Shown here: positions 26,174-40,100 of the stretch, in pieces | How positions within the stretch are numbered: the stretch's first letter is position 1 | Layout: each line of letters begins with the position of its first letter | Origin: Pocillopora damicornis | Taxonomy: Eukaryota | Assembly: GCF_003704095.1 (NCBI RefSeq) | Contig: NW_020845410.1 | Coordinates: forward strand, 930,001 to 994,000 | Reading direction: 5' to 3' | Length of the DNA: 64,000 nt | Position numbers and translations under genes: made by a program | The notes under the pieces: generated by a model | Told to the model about the DNA's origin: nothing | What the model saw: only the letters and a program-made list of their open reading frames with translations | Database searches by the model: none

Positions 26174-29100
26174 GCCTCCAACATGAGATCGAATGTGATT
26201 GTTCAAAGTGGTTGCCCCAGTGAAAGATCGTGAGCAGTATCCGCACTTGAAGGGTTTCTTGTTGACATGGATGACAGCATGCGCTCGCAATTCACAGACA
26301 TTGTTAAAATGGGCTGGGCAGTGACCGCACTGGTAAGGATTTGGTGGAACCTGGGTACCAATTGCTTTCTGGTTCACAGACATTTCTGGAAAAGTTGGAG
26401 CTGTCCTTACGCTAAGCTCTGTAGCCCTGGATTTGTGATTTACTATTGCTGTCTCCTTTTCAGCAAAATTTAATTCATCTCTTGGCAATGAGAGTGATTT
26501 AAATAATTCAGAACGATCTGGCTTTGCCTCTGTTACTTCATCAGCCCTATTCCCTTTCAGCGGACTAAAACCATTCTCAAAGACGGACTTCATGTTTGAC
26601 ACAAGTTTCATCGTGCCTTGCTTCTTAGGAGAGGGAAGCTTTTCAACGCAGGTTTTACGTATAGGAGAGCGCTTTCCTTTTCGAGAAACTGGATTATATC
26701 CAAATTGGCTCCTAGGATGAGAAACAGGCGAAGGAGGAGGACTGGGAAAGAATGAACTTTGTGGACTGGGGTCGAACTGCTGGTTTGTTGCGTGTGGAGA
26801 GACAACAATCACTTCATCAGATTGAGAGCTAGCACCTAACAAGAAATATAAACTGCAGGGTTAGCAGCTGAAAACTTTCACATCACCATAAGCCAAACTA
26901 AGCTCTACCTTCTTTGGTATACAATAATTACAACCTTTAACGCTTTCTTTACCAGAGGTAAACTGCTTTTATCTATCACAGGATCCCCTTTGAAACCTTT
27001 AAAACACTTCCCCTTAGGCTAACTCTAGATTTCAAGGTGATCGCAACTAGGTTGACGTCACTTTATAGACCTTGAAGTATCATCACATGCGCTTCAACTC
27101 CTCAGCTACATCTCCCACTACAGTTGGAATAACGTTTGTTTTATTTTCCGTCATTTGTTACTTCAGGATATCCGTTAAATTGCAGGTATCTCTTTCACGA
27201 ATTTAGCCCAAAATCAGCAGGGGACTGTCTGGAAGTGCCTTAGGCTGGCCATCTTAATTGTGTCTTTGAATTTAATTAGAAAATACTCACACTCCTCCTT
27301 TGAAAGTTACGCAGAGTACCAAGAATGGTGACATACCTCGTGTAATTCTCGTCTTCGAGTCCGATTCAGGACTCAGCGGTTGTTGTTAGTTTGTTTTGGT
27401 TTATTTTCACAAGGAATATTTGAACGTCAGAGGAAAAAGGATCACTTACCACTTGGTATGACAGCACCCATGTCAAACATAGTAGAGGGGATACCAAGGT
27501 ACTGTGGATATTTGTCATCGTACCACACCAGCATTTCTTCTCCTGGCTGGATGGTCTTGAATGTGCGATAAAACACCTTACCCAGGTATTGGAAAGCAAA
27601 CATGTTTTGTTCTCCTTTGTGTCGTGCACTGCGGATAAAACGCATCCAGCTGGAATAATTTTCATCACTGCCATCAATGTATCCTGCTAGTATGCCGTCT
27701 CTGTAGATCTAGTGGGAAATGCAAATACGTAATTGACTATTTAGCAAACACCCCTCCTCCCCCCCCCCCAAAAAAAATATATAAATGTTTTGAGTCTACC
27801 TTGCGATTGAAAATTTTACATTTAAAATATTTTTCATGGTGTATTTCCCTTGAGAAGCCTTACCTCCCACATGTAAGATGTGTCAGCAGTAGGAGACATT
27901 TCCTCAGGCTTCACAAACTTTCCTTCATAGGGCCCAATCCACGCACCAATAGGTATTGTTCGCTTGGCACACACCCCATATCCTGGCCCGGGAATGCCGG
28001 ACCGACACAGGCCAACTTCCGGCGGAAGTGATCTTATTGCAAGTGGTAATTGATTTTTTTGCTTCATGCCAGGGCTCTCTAATTTGTGTTGAGGACATTG
28101 AAACTTTGATTCTACTAAACTTGCGTTACACCCTAAAAATGATTAAAATCACAAAAATTATATTATTCCTTAGGTGTGAGCAGTTTACCCTGTGTGAAAA
28201 AAAACGAAACAAAGCAAAACAAAAAAATAAACAAAGCACAAAAAACACACACAAAACACAGAGCAAAACTAAAAAATAACGCGTCAAGTTGAAGAAGGTT
28301 CCTAAATAAGGCATTGCATCCCTCTTCCCATGACCCATTGCGCTTCTCTAGTCCCTTGCTCTATAGTTTTCTCTATTATTTATCGTGAACCATATGTAAG
28401 AGAAAGGCTGTCATACGCTAATTTTTACGAAAACTTCGGGGAGATCAAAATCCAAGAAGGACTGTGTACTAAATGTCTATTAATAATGCATCAATATATG
28501 AAAATAAAAAAAGAATTAAACATTGGAAAATGGCAATCATTTACTCCAGTATACTCACAGAAGCAATCTTTTTGTTCCGTTACCACTGCCTGTCCGATGT
28601 TAATGGGTCGAATACTATTCTTGTCGAACAAACAGCTAAGTAAATCTTTATAGCTGAAGCTGTTTCCTGTCAAATTTCTTTGAGAAGGACTGAAACTAGC
28701 GTAGTTCTTCTGAAAAAATGGGAAGAAAATTCTCTGTCGAAATTTCAAGATTTCGTCTTTATTTGAAGGAACGAGAAGAGAACTTCCTTTAGGTGTGAAT
28801 TAAGTTATCAATAATGCTAATAATAATGACGAAAACAATGATGATGACGATAAATAAACACTTGACTGACTTCGAAGGAACTCTTTAGCGCGTAAATAAA
28901 CTCGCTTCAAGTAACAATCAATGATCAAAAACTAATTTTTGAAGAATAAATAAAATGCATCGACTGACAGGATGTTTAATCAGATATTTTAAGATTTAAG
29001 GTAAGAAACAGCTTAGGCTGCTTAAAATCTAGACATAATTTTTACTATATTTCCTTCCACTTACAAAGCTGGAAACTTAGATTTAGCGGAAATAGCTGTC

Positions 29101-29363
29101 AAACATTAACGCAGTGTTGTATGACCAAACTAAATTGTCAGTTTTTGAATGACCCATATAAACTCGGTATTTACCTGCATGGATATGAACCTGTTGGGAC
29201 ATTAGCTAACAGGTTTAAACGGTAGTTACTGAAATACAAATCCATATCGGACCTACTTCCTCAAACAATGACATATTCGGGATGGTACTGTTTATGTGTT
29301 TTAACTTAACACTTATTCATATAAAAATCTCGTACAATTTCTTACCTCGTGTATATGCTCCAT
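26126..29363 (-). CDS. PRDM6: PRDM6-family PR/SET protein, copy D, with only two zinc fingers (~468 aa)
   Basis: Exons 29363-29346 (MEHIHE), 28709-28559 (FSYKDLLSCLFDK), 28132-27864, 27708-27450, 26835-26126. Total 1407 nt, in frame. SET intact; only fingers 2 and 3 present. Confidence 0.88.
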
Positions 29364-31784
29364 CTAATTGAAGTATTTTGTAGGTTTAACCAAGGCGCTG
29401 TGCAACAACTCAGTTCTTGTGATACAAAACCCGATCGGTTTGTCTTTATTGCAAGAACGCGCGCAAGACAATCCGCAAATGTGCGCCTCGGTCTGTTTCT
29501 CAACTTTGTGATATTTATTGTCTAAAGAGACAGTTAACACTTTGACGCCCTTTATACCATTGAATTAAATGTCCTCGTGTGAAGAGAGTATTGTTTTCAC
29601 ACAGAGTAACTGCATAATGTAATACAGGTGGGCTCGAAAACAATGCCACTGGTTTCACTAATTTCGCGCCATTTTCGCATGCATTAGCTACATAATTTTA
29701 GAGCCGCAACCATTTCCCTCAAGCCAATATTTAACACCAAATACAGGTTTTTAAGCTGTTTCAAAGTGAATGAAATCATAATAGTACGGCTATCAAATTT
29801 ATCACAATCTGACGCAGTTAGAAAAGATTGGTAAATTCGCTTGAAAATTTTAGAAGTTTAACTTGCACTGAATTGTGTTTTTTGGCGCCAAAACTGGTAA
29901 TATATTCGAAAGTTATGCTAACACATTTGCCTTCCTTTTGTTTACAGCATTTCGAACAGTTCGTCACGTATAAGTAATTATTTTGATTATTTAGCATCTC
30001 CTTGGACTATTCATCGTTGATGATTCCATTTCTTGGTTTAAAACAGCAGTTCTACTTCACTCGGCTGTCTTGCTAGCAGTCCTCTTCTTGTTTCTATCAC
30101 GTGTAATCGAATTTTGCTCAAATGTACGAAGGAATCAAACCCATGATAACTTTGAATTTTCGTAAAATTTTCCAAACGTCAGATCCCTCATACACGGAAA
30201 AATCCTTTTAGAAATGTTTTACCCTCACACAAATTGAATTTCAATACCCTAATTATCCTTTTCGGAACCATTGCTAGTACAGAGTTAATGAAATCTTTAC
30301 AATGTTCTTACGTAATCCTTTTAAAAGCTAAACGTAATGTTTCTAAAGAGCCCTTAGAAGAAAAAGGATTTAAATATTCAGTCTCTTTTGTTTATCAAAG
30401 CAACCTGCGACGGTACAATTCATTAAAAACTGTTGACGTTTGTCTTGTTAAAGAACGGTTTCCTTTCGTGCACAGATAACGGCACGCATTACTAGTGTAA
30501 TTTATCATCACTGCGTCAAGTTTTGACAGGAGAACGGTTCCTTGAGCTCTAAGTTATGCACAATCAATTTCTTATTTAAATACCGAAACACCGGACTACT
30601 TTGTAAAAAGTGTCTCTAAATATAAATGACTTTTTGAATTGTCCGCTGCAAAAGAACTCACTGCTCCGTGAAGAACTCATTAGTAAATGTCAATTTTTAA
30701 CAACAATGGCCGATAGATATCTTTAGGAAACAGGAGACAAAAGGAAAGATTCCTGAGAAGCTTTTAATTCATGATTTAAAGAAGAAAACACTGCATGTTT
30801 TGGCATGGAATGCAGTCTTTTTAATCTTGTAGGGAACAATCGCCTAATTCCTATTGTTGGTAGACATTACTTTGTGAATCCAACATACCAGTGTGTTAAG
30901 CTGTGCAGAAGGCCCAAGTTATCAATGTTTCATGCCTCTTTACTGCAGTAATTTCGATAGCTTGTTAGAAAAAGAAGTCAGCAGATTAAGTTAAAGAGAA
31001 CAGTTTTCATATAAGTTGCCCAAGTTGAGCTTTGACAAGGACCTCTTTCACATATATCCAAATGCAAATAGCACGGCTGCTGTACATAAAAGAAGCCGTC
31101 AGAAATAAAAGAAGTCAAGCGAAGCAGATTTATTACCTCTTGTGAATTAAAACTGGCGGGAAAGAAAGACATGTAATATACAGCGCATTAACATGCTTAC
31201 CTAGATAAGCGAAATTGACAGCCTGACGTTTCAAGGGGCGGAGATGGTTAGTCTCATACCCATGTCTCACAACCGTACAGTTCAATAAATATGTATGATC
31301 TGGGTAAAAGGTTGGAACTTGATCACCCACTAGTCCTTCCAACAGCCCTCCACGCGCCCCCCCCCCCCCTCTCTCCGCTCCCGCTCTGTAGAAAATATTT
31401 ATACTTATCAACTATTATCTGCTCTGTCGTGGGGCAGATAAGGCTTCCTTCACAACAAAGAAGACACTGTGACATGTTAAATAACTTTATTGCCTTTGTC
31501 TATCTACGCTGTGAAATAGTAATGCGATATGTCTATGAACCTTGATAAACTATACACAAATGTACACTTGTTAGAAAAAGTCTTTCGATAAACGCGCTGG
31601 CATTTTGTGCAAGGACGCTACGAGCAGTTTCTCCTTTTAAAAGCTTAACTTCTCTGACTTTTTTGTTTTCCATTTTGATCTAGTATCTCATTTTTACATT
31701 TTAACTGTGGTTTCTTTCGACTGAATTAGTAGTTAAAAACTTTTTTTTATAAATGTAACTAAAAAAAAAAAAACCTCACGTAGT

Positions 31785-34700
31785 TCATGTTGACAACGTA
31801 TGTGTAGTCACAGTATCCGTTCTACTTTTTTCACTCACAAGATCACACGATTCCCGCGCGTGTCTCGCGAGGTGCATAGCTTGTGAAAATGTCTTGCCGC
31901 ACTTCTCGCAGCTGAAAGGTTTTTGACCCATGTGGGTCCGCACATGATTGTTTAGCGTTGTTGCCCCAACGAACGTGCGTGAGCAAAAGCCGCATTTGAA
32001 CGGCCGCTCTGTTGTATGAGATATCACATGCGCGCGCAGGTCTGAGGAGTTTGTGAATGTCTTACTGCACTGTCCACACTGATAAGGTTTGGTGGGTTGG
32101 GTTGGACACACGTGCATTTGCAATGCAACTCGCTGAGTGAAGGTCTTATGGCACTGTTGACATCGCCACGATGTTAACTCGCTTGTTTGGCTGGTAGGGC
32201 TTGGTATCTTATTGTTGCCACGGTTACCGACGTCACTTTCCACGTCACTTCTCAAGGGAGACCGCTGATCTCGTGGTACGCTTTCTAACGATGATCGTCT
32301 TTGATGCAAAGTGTATGTTGGAATCAGTGGTGGAAGTTTCTTTGCTTCAGGTGGCGAAGCTTTCGTACCTGAAAATACGTTTTGTGGTAACTTAAGTAAA
32401 AAATGAAACAATGTGTGTGCAAAGATATTTAACAATAGATCTTCTACCTCTTTCTGTTCATGGTAAATTTAACATGTGCAGTAACTATTGCACCTTTTTC
32501 GGGTCACATAAAGCTAACATAGCATCATTTATTAGGTGATTAGCTATTTATCCGTCTAATTACGTACATTGAGAACTCCAAAGAGGGCTTGTACTGAGCG
32601 GGAACTGAGAACTAGTGACTGTTCTGGTATATCGAGTAGTGTCTTGAGGTTTAAATGGGGATGATGTCGAGTTTATTGGTCGGTTGGGCTGTTGCGATGC
32701 CATTTTTTCTTGTTTTCTGTCGTGCGTGGCTGTAGATGAAGAGTTATTGACAAGTTGTGAAGATTGCTTAGTTTGTAATGTCAGAAATCTAGCTGACTTT
32801 CTGACTAATTGACTTACGGAGCGACCTCATGGTAGATTCAGTGACTGATAGGATAACTGACAGATTGTCAATTAACTGACTTTCTGGCAGAACGACTCAC
32901 AAAAGAGCTGACTGACACACATTCGACTTATGAAGCAATTACTGCAAGGTTTAATGGAGTGATCAGCTAAGAAGGTAACCAGCTCAACTGCTGGCTGGCA
33001 GTTTTGCCCACAGAGTGATAATGAGGAATTTTCAGCCAACTTATTCACTAATTACTCGCCTCTTTATCAATCCAGCTGTCTTCGCATGAGTACCACTATC
33101 TATCTTTCCCAGTCATTTGTCTCCGGTCTCCACTAATATTGGTCTAGTTATTATTGTGACTAAATCCATCTTGACTCACTTACTGACTGATGCAAAGGGC
33201 CTGATGCAAGATATTGAAGAAAAGCTTATAAGGTACTTACTACCTTTACTTGAATATCGATTTGACCCAATGTCTCACCTGAAGAAGCTCCACCTGGCAT
33301 AGCGTTAACTTGTACCCCGAGCGGAATGCCCATGTACATTGGGTATTTGTCGTCATACCATACAAGCAGTTCTGTGCCTGTAGGAATATCTTTGAATGCT
33401 CTGTAGTAAATGTTTCCGTTATACTGAAATGCATACAGGTTCTGTTCGCCCTTATGTCTTGCGCAGCGGATAAACCGCATCCAGCTGGAACAGTTCTCGT
33501 CACTCCCGTCAATGTAATGAGACAATGTGGAACCTTCGTATATCTGTGGAATTGATTGAAGTTAACAAGGTAATTTGGTGTTGTTAACTGAGTTGATAAC
33601 GTAAATTGGCCACCGTAAAGAGTTTAAAAGCTGACGTTTCGAGCGTTAGCCCTTCGTCAGAGCGATTGAATAACTCTGACGAGGGGCTAACGCTCGAAAC
33701 GTCAGCTTTTAGACTCGTTACGGCGGCCAACTCACGTTATCAACTCAGTTGACAACACCAAATTACCCTGTTATACTCTCTTACCAACGCGGCGCCACAA
33801 TTTCTTTAGAAACTTACCTCCTTTATGATTGAATTTAAGTAAACTGCAGATATGTACGTATTTGTATCGTTCTCGTGCGTGTTTCGCGGCCACTTAGGAG
33901 GCTAGCAAACGGGTCTATGATAGACCTGTGCTCTCATCTCAAACTACTTCGACGATTACCAGGAAACTGTTTGATACCCAGAAAACGTTCAGAGTTCAAA
34001 CTGGACTTGTACTCCTGACTCATCGTTTATTGGCAGGCATTGGAGAAAACTACAATAAAAGTGTCTTAACCCTTAACTCTTCACCTGTGAAATTTAACCT
34101 GTCGGGAAGGACTCGACCTCTCCCAATAAGTCTTGGTCTTGTTTTCTTGAGGAAAACAAGTTTTTTATATAACTGTTCCCAAACCAGTTCGGCTGTATTA
34201 CAGTTGTGGTCAGCCTCCTACATTTTGCCTTTTTACAATAAATTTCTCATCATTGTTCTTTTTCTTTCGGTAACAACTGGCCGCTGTCTTTCAACAGCGA
34301 GATAAGGCTCAAGTTCGCAAGCGTTTTCATACTTCCTATTTCAATTTACCTCCCACATATGTGACGTATCCATTTCTGATGTGACGTCGCTTGGACGAAT
34401 TCGTCTTCCTTCAAATGGACCAATCCATGTCCCCGTAGGGATGGGCTGATTGGTGTACACACCGCACCCCTCCCCCGCTGAGTAGGAGACTCCAAACTTG
34501 CATTCCGGTGGTAAGGACTTGACGGCGTAGCTCACACGTCTGTCGGTCAACGGCTGAGTGGGTTGCCTGTGTAGGGCGCATGATCTGGGGGGCATTGTTT
34601 GACAAACTTCACACGCTGAAGGAAAAATTAGTGATCACAATAAAACTGCTCCGACCCTCTTTAGGAATATTTTCACTGATCTTTTCAGGAGTGACCAGTT

Positions 34701-37119
34701 AGTGCTTTCCCCCTACGTTATCACTGGTTTATTCTGGTTATTCGGCAACGACCATATAAAAGAACTGAGAGATATTTTTCGATTTAGCGTCAAGCAACAT
34801 CACGACCTGGACAATTCATTTTGTAAGTAATAATAGCAAAATCAGACTTCACACGATTGAGTTAAATTAAAACTCTGTCGTTATCTTTTCCATGATTAAG
34901 TGGATAGTACTTGATGAAAGTGCAGGCTCTGACATGTTCTGTCTACGCTAGATACTTATAAAAACTAGAATTATCTCTGGCAATTAGAATTTCAATAAAT
35001 CTCTTTGTGCTCCCCATTTTTTTTGCCCTGAGCAATGCTTCAAATAGATAAAACATTCCATCTGCCCACTCGCGCGACGCTGCCTGTCAGTTCAAGTAAG
35101 TGGAAAAGTCTGTGGATTTGTTTGCTTAAATTTTCCATACTTTTCTCAAGATCATTAAATCAAATTTCTTGTGACTAAATTAAGAATGGAACTTGATGAT
35201 CAGTAGCTTTATTATAGGTTGTTTTTTTAATCCCAATGCTCATCAACGAGTTCCCTGATCCATGCCTAAGATGGAATTATGTAGCATTCGCTAAGTTTCA
35301 AAGCCAACGTGTATTGAGGATTCGATCTTAAGATATAACCAAAAAAAGCTCAGGAATGAAAATACTTTAAATATTTTCTACCTTTTTACTTTAAACAGCA
35401 ATGCATCCGTGTACGTTATTATCATAATTAATTGAATAGTATCCCCCCAGTCTCGTATTTTTGATTGAAAAGATTTATTAAGGAGTTGTATTATGAACTT
35501 TAAAGACCACAAAACTGTTATCGCAAATAGCACTCATTGAAATAATGACCAATTTAGCTTTCTTTCGCCTATTCGAACGGAAATCTGCGGTACATACTAG
35601 AAAATATTGCACAATTTTGACGAAAATGTTTGGATTTACGTCACGTTCGGTCTAGACCTAATTTTCGTGCGACAAAACTCAGTTGTAAATGGGTTTTAGT
35701 TAATTGCATGACTACACATCATAGATATGGCATCCAGACGGTGAACAGAGCGCTTCCAATGCAAGTCACAATTAGGAAAAACATCAGATCTAGATACACT
35801 ACCAATCATTCCGAATTTATGTTTCTAAATGCTAAAATACTTGTTAAGATGTTAATATTTTGTTATGATGTTAGTAATTGTCATAGAATTAAATAATTTT
35901 TCAAACAACCACTGTGGTTTTGAGGGGCATAATATTTGACCGAGGCCTTATGAATGACCCAATTTCCGTTCAGCACCAGCTGTTTGATCTTCTCGGAAAC
36001 AAGCCCTTCAAATAACAAATTAACAATATTCACTAAGCCTCACCGGATAGCAGTTCAGATAACTATTGTTGCGACATATCTTCCGCCCGTTTCATCTTAC
36101 GTGATTATACACAAGACACTATTTAGACGGCTTAGATGGTTTTGCTTTCAAGCACAAATTTTTTTCGAGGATAAATATTTGCTGTTTTTGATCGTAAAGG
36201 AGAGAACGCGATGGTTCGTTTCTCAATTGCTAGGTACAGACGAGGAAATACAGTATTGCTGGACGCATCATTAATTGTTAAAGCCAAGCAAAAAGGCATA
36301 GCCGTCCTCTACAAAACCGTAAATACCTGAGAGACAATCTTAGGCCAACGAAAGTAAATCAGAAAGTTGGTCAAAATGCGCGCGTGTCCTTTCTCACAAA
36401 CACGCGCCTTGACGCGAGGTCGCGCGTGACTGATTTTGGTTTTTAGGCAAAACATTTTCCGTGCACGAAACGTTGTAAAAGGTGTTTACAAAAATTACCT
36501 GGATTGAGTGCCTCTTGTGCTACAAAACGCCCTGCCGACTGAGAACCAAGTTCGTCTTTATTCACCTGCCATCGTGTTGTCTGGCCATAAAGGACGGTAA
36601 ACACTTCTGAAGCGGTGAAATATCTGGGACTCTGATTTGAAGGTGCATTCGGTTCCAGGTTAGACGGCAAAGCAATCTGGTTCAACTAAAAAGATTTTAT
36701 ATGTCACAACAATGGCACCGTTTCTCGAATTAACTTGAACATTAAATCTACGTGAGATAGCATATGTAAATTAATTAGGTCTGAGTGTCACAGCAGAACA
36801 ATTGGTGCTTTAAATTGCAAATGCAATGAGTGATATCTGCCTTAGCAGTCGATCATAGAAAGAGTCTGGTGGAAATAAGTGCTTCCAACAGTAAATTAAC
36901 AAATATATAGCCACAGTCCTGAAACACAATATGTTTTCTTTTTTAGCTAGGAGGCATAGAGAAGACAAGTGATAAAACCCTCCTTTTTGTTCCCCGCTGA
37001 AATCATAATATATTTCGTTTGCTCTACGCGGAACATTCCCAGAGTTACTTTCTCTGTTTAATGCTTACCAAATTTATCTCTAGCCTCCTTTTAGTCTCTT
37101 CACTAAACAGATGAGACAT
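31785..37119 (-). CDS. PRDM6: PRDM6-family PR/SET zinc-finger protein, copy E (~450 aa)
   Basis: Exons 37119-37069 ([17 protein letters not shown], less certain), 36685-36499 ([13 protein letters not shown]; alternative donor at 36490), 34615-34350 (CEVC-x7-CALH, GPFEG), 33543-33279, 32368-31785. Total 1353 nt, in frame; four fingers. Confidence 0.9.
33630..33663 (-). ncRNA. Minimal type I hammerhead ribozyme motif
   Basis: Minus strand reads GCU-CUGACGA-A-GGGC-UAAC-GCUC-GAAAC-GUC-AGC: CUGANGA and GAAA boxes, stem II GGGC/GCUC, loopless palindromic stem III ACGU, GUC cleavage triplet, short stem I GCU/AGC. Confidence 0.65.
33673..33706 (+). ncRNA. Minimal type I hammerhead ribozyme motif (inverted partner copy)
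   Basis: ACU-CUGACGA-G-GGGC-UAAC-GCUC-GAAAC-GUC-AGC; same core, with stem I weakened by a G>A change. Confidence 0.55.
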
Positions 37120-40100
37120 TTTGGCTGGACACGTCTGGTTTGTTTGAGTCCTCTGTCATAAATTCTGTTAGCTGAAGGCTAAAATGCACCGATGGATTTA
37201 AAAACAATCTGAACACTTTGGACGGGCGTTGAATTAAAGTTCCAAAATGTTCTTTTCAGTTTAAGCTGTCACTTATTCACGCTTGGCTTCAAATAAGCTA
37301 TATAAAGTTATGTGATTGGTCAATCTTACCCTTTACTTCTATAGTGTTCTTTTCATTGTCATCATGAAATAACTTGAATTTGAAATAAACCCCATTTCTA
37401 AGTGAGTGCAGCACGAGATATGCACGTGAAGTTTTGGCAGGCTGTTTCAATGTGTAGCCTGTGGTCTTGTAGTAGTTTCGTCTGTACCGTCATAGGGTCT
37501 TCTTGTGAAGTATTTCCATTCTTGTGTCTTTTCGTTTATAACTTTGAATAGATCATGTCCTTATTTGAGTTAATTGTTCAAGAATTTCTAAAGCCACTCA
37601 ACCATAGAAAGTGTGTGATATAAAAAAAGCTCAGGCTAAATTCTGTTTGACACGTGGTGACGTCGAGACGTTAGATCATTAATTCATTTGAAAGCAAGGC
37701 AAGATATTCCGCAAAGTGTTTCTCTAGTTTTCTTTGATTAGCAAAGAAGGCAAAAGTTCACTAAGGTCATTCGAAAAGTAGTCATAATTTGCATTATAAG
37801 CGTTAAGTAATCACAATGAAACCATACAATTGCTCTTGATTGAAACTTGTCAAACTTACTCGAAAGAGGAACAGACAATTTTCAAGACATATAGACTTCT
37901 AAAACCACATAAATCTTGAGGAATGGTTGACTCAGTTTTTTAAATCGTGATCTGTTCCTTTCACCGATGGATTTCTCTACATAATGAGCAGTCATTGTCT
38001 TCAATCGTCTTGCCATGACGTAGAAGAAAACGAATTAGCGAAGTGAAGATACTTGAAAGGTTTCATCTCGCCTCGTCTGTACTCCGCACTTGTGGTTTGA
38101 ATATTTTTAGACTTGGAACGGGGAATACGTACTTCTACACCGAACAATTGAACGAGGTTTTAAAGGAATTTGATAACAAAACGGTGTTCAATTACGCTAA
38201 AAGACAATGACTGCGTACTAAAAATACATCCTTCCGTTGGGAGGTGAACTTTCTAGGCCTTAAATGACGAACATCCGAATCATCAACAAATATTAACGGC
38301 AGGATCCGGAAATATGTCAGAACCGGCGGAGAAGAGAATAGCTTTCACACAGTATCAAAACATACTTATTCGGACTCATGAGCCTACAATGAAGTACTTC
38401 GTGAGATTTTAATGTTTAATCATTTTTCCAGACTTTATTGGTACGAACTGACTCAAATATGAAATAAATGAGTCATTACGTCATAGGAAGGTCTCAATGG
38501 GGTCAAACGAGCAAAATTTCACCGTCAACCATTAAAAAGAAAAAATATTTTAACCGTGAACTGTCATAAAGTAGACCGATCAAAAGTAGCCGTCAAACGT
38601 TTTAAAGTTCTCTAGAATCTTTTATTTTAGCCGCTTGCCACGAACAGTTCTAGATCCCGAAACATCTTAAGACTGGTGAACCAGTAGTCTTAGTCGGGTT
38701 TCCAAATTTGTTCTCTTTCAGGCCACTTTCTGTAATTTTCGCCTTAACTGGCACGTTGCAAATTGTGATATTTTACTGGATAATTAAATATTTAAAAGAT
38801 AGCTGGCTACGTTAATAAATTCTTTCATAACGCGCTTTGCTACGCCATTTCCCCCGTTCGACCAAATAAAAACTTATAGCAAGTTGTGATCATGTCGGGC
38901 GTCCTGAAAGCCGTCATCAGCTTTTGTCGTAAAAGCGGAAGAAAAGCCCTGTGAGCGATACACACTAAGAGTTTCCCTCGAGGAAGGACGTAAGCATATT
39001 GGGAGTTTTCGACAACTTATGACTGATTTCCTCGGCCGGTTTCAGCGACTTGGTGCTGTGTTAAATCTGGAGTTGGGCTCATTTGCGCTCAAGCTGAACC
39101 GGCTGGTAAAACCGAACTACTTAATGGAAAACTGAAAATTACAGTCTAACAAACCAAAAATAACTCTATATTTTAACTGTTGTCCGGACTGAGAGCGAGT
39201 TAAACGGTGAGACGTGCTCTGAGGTGTCGACTTGTTGCAAATGTTATTGTTGTGAAGTATCAAAGTACAAGGTTTTTCAAGGTTACCATTCTTGGATAGT
39301 CTAAGAACCCCGCACAGAGAGTTTCCTGATTGTCGTCTGTTTTGTCTAGTTGTCTGATCTCTGTCTTTCTGAATTGGTCGTGTTTTGTACTTTATCGTAA
39401 GTTTTTTACAACTGTTCAGGTTTGACTGATTATTCTGAGGTCCTCATGTAAGTCTTGTGCACGAAATTCTGTAAGACAGAGCTCGTTGTTTTTACCTTTG
39501 AGTTGTTTGTGAAGCGTGTTTCTCGAACAATGACTTCCGATAGTGGTCATGTTTGGGTTTTTCCACCGACCGGCTTGGTTAGGACCAACGCCAAAGTTCC
39601 TGTTTTTGTTTTATTTTACTTTGTTGTTTATTTCTACAAGTGTCTTGAAAGTATTTTCGGGTTGGCGCTTTGATCAAGAGATTTAATCCCCAAAGTCAGT
39701 CGCCCCTAACCCAAACATGCTGGCCAATAGTCGGTACTTAGAGACATATACAAGAGAGACGATTTAGTAATGGTAGTTGACTGTAGAACTTTTACGACGA
39801 AGAGGAAGAACTAAGATGGTATAAAGAAGAGTCTTGTTACCTCTCACTAGCGCGGGTCAGCTTCTCAGAAGTTAGTTTCTCCGCCATTGCGACGCAACAT
39901 ATTTGGTGGGAACCCAACCTGGATTCCCTCGTCTTTTAACCAGAACCCTTGACGGTTTTCAAATTAAACCCAGAGTAAATTTTCTTTACCGTCGAGTTCC
40001 CTCCAACAGCTATCCTATGACTTATAAGCAGTGTCACAAGCCAATCTGAAGTCTAATACAACGCAAGTGAAGGAGTAAGAGAGTGCAAGAACACTGTCTG

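Larger units (their letters stand above)
33569..33826. mobile_element. Long palindromic repeat (arms 33569-33767 plus 3' tail), probably derived from a Penelope-like element or retrozyme
   Basis: ~95-bp inverted arms (ggtaatttggtgttgttaactgagttgataacg ... cgttatcaactcagttgacaacaccaaattacc); a homologous copy lies at ~53647-53845; contains hammerhead core motifs. Confidence 0.75.

Noticed and set aside
26126-29363. Copies D and G as pseudogenes
   Set aside because: Exons join in frame with canonical splice sites and well-conserved SET domains; only specific modules are missing.
32740-33200. Recurring ctgact/gactgac words in an intron of E as a structured array
   Set aside because: Spacing is irregular and units are degenerate; it looks like decayed simple-sequence repeat.
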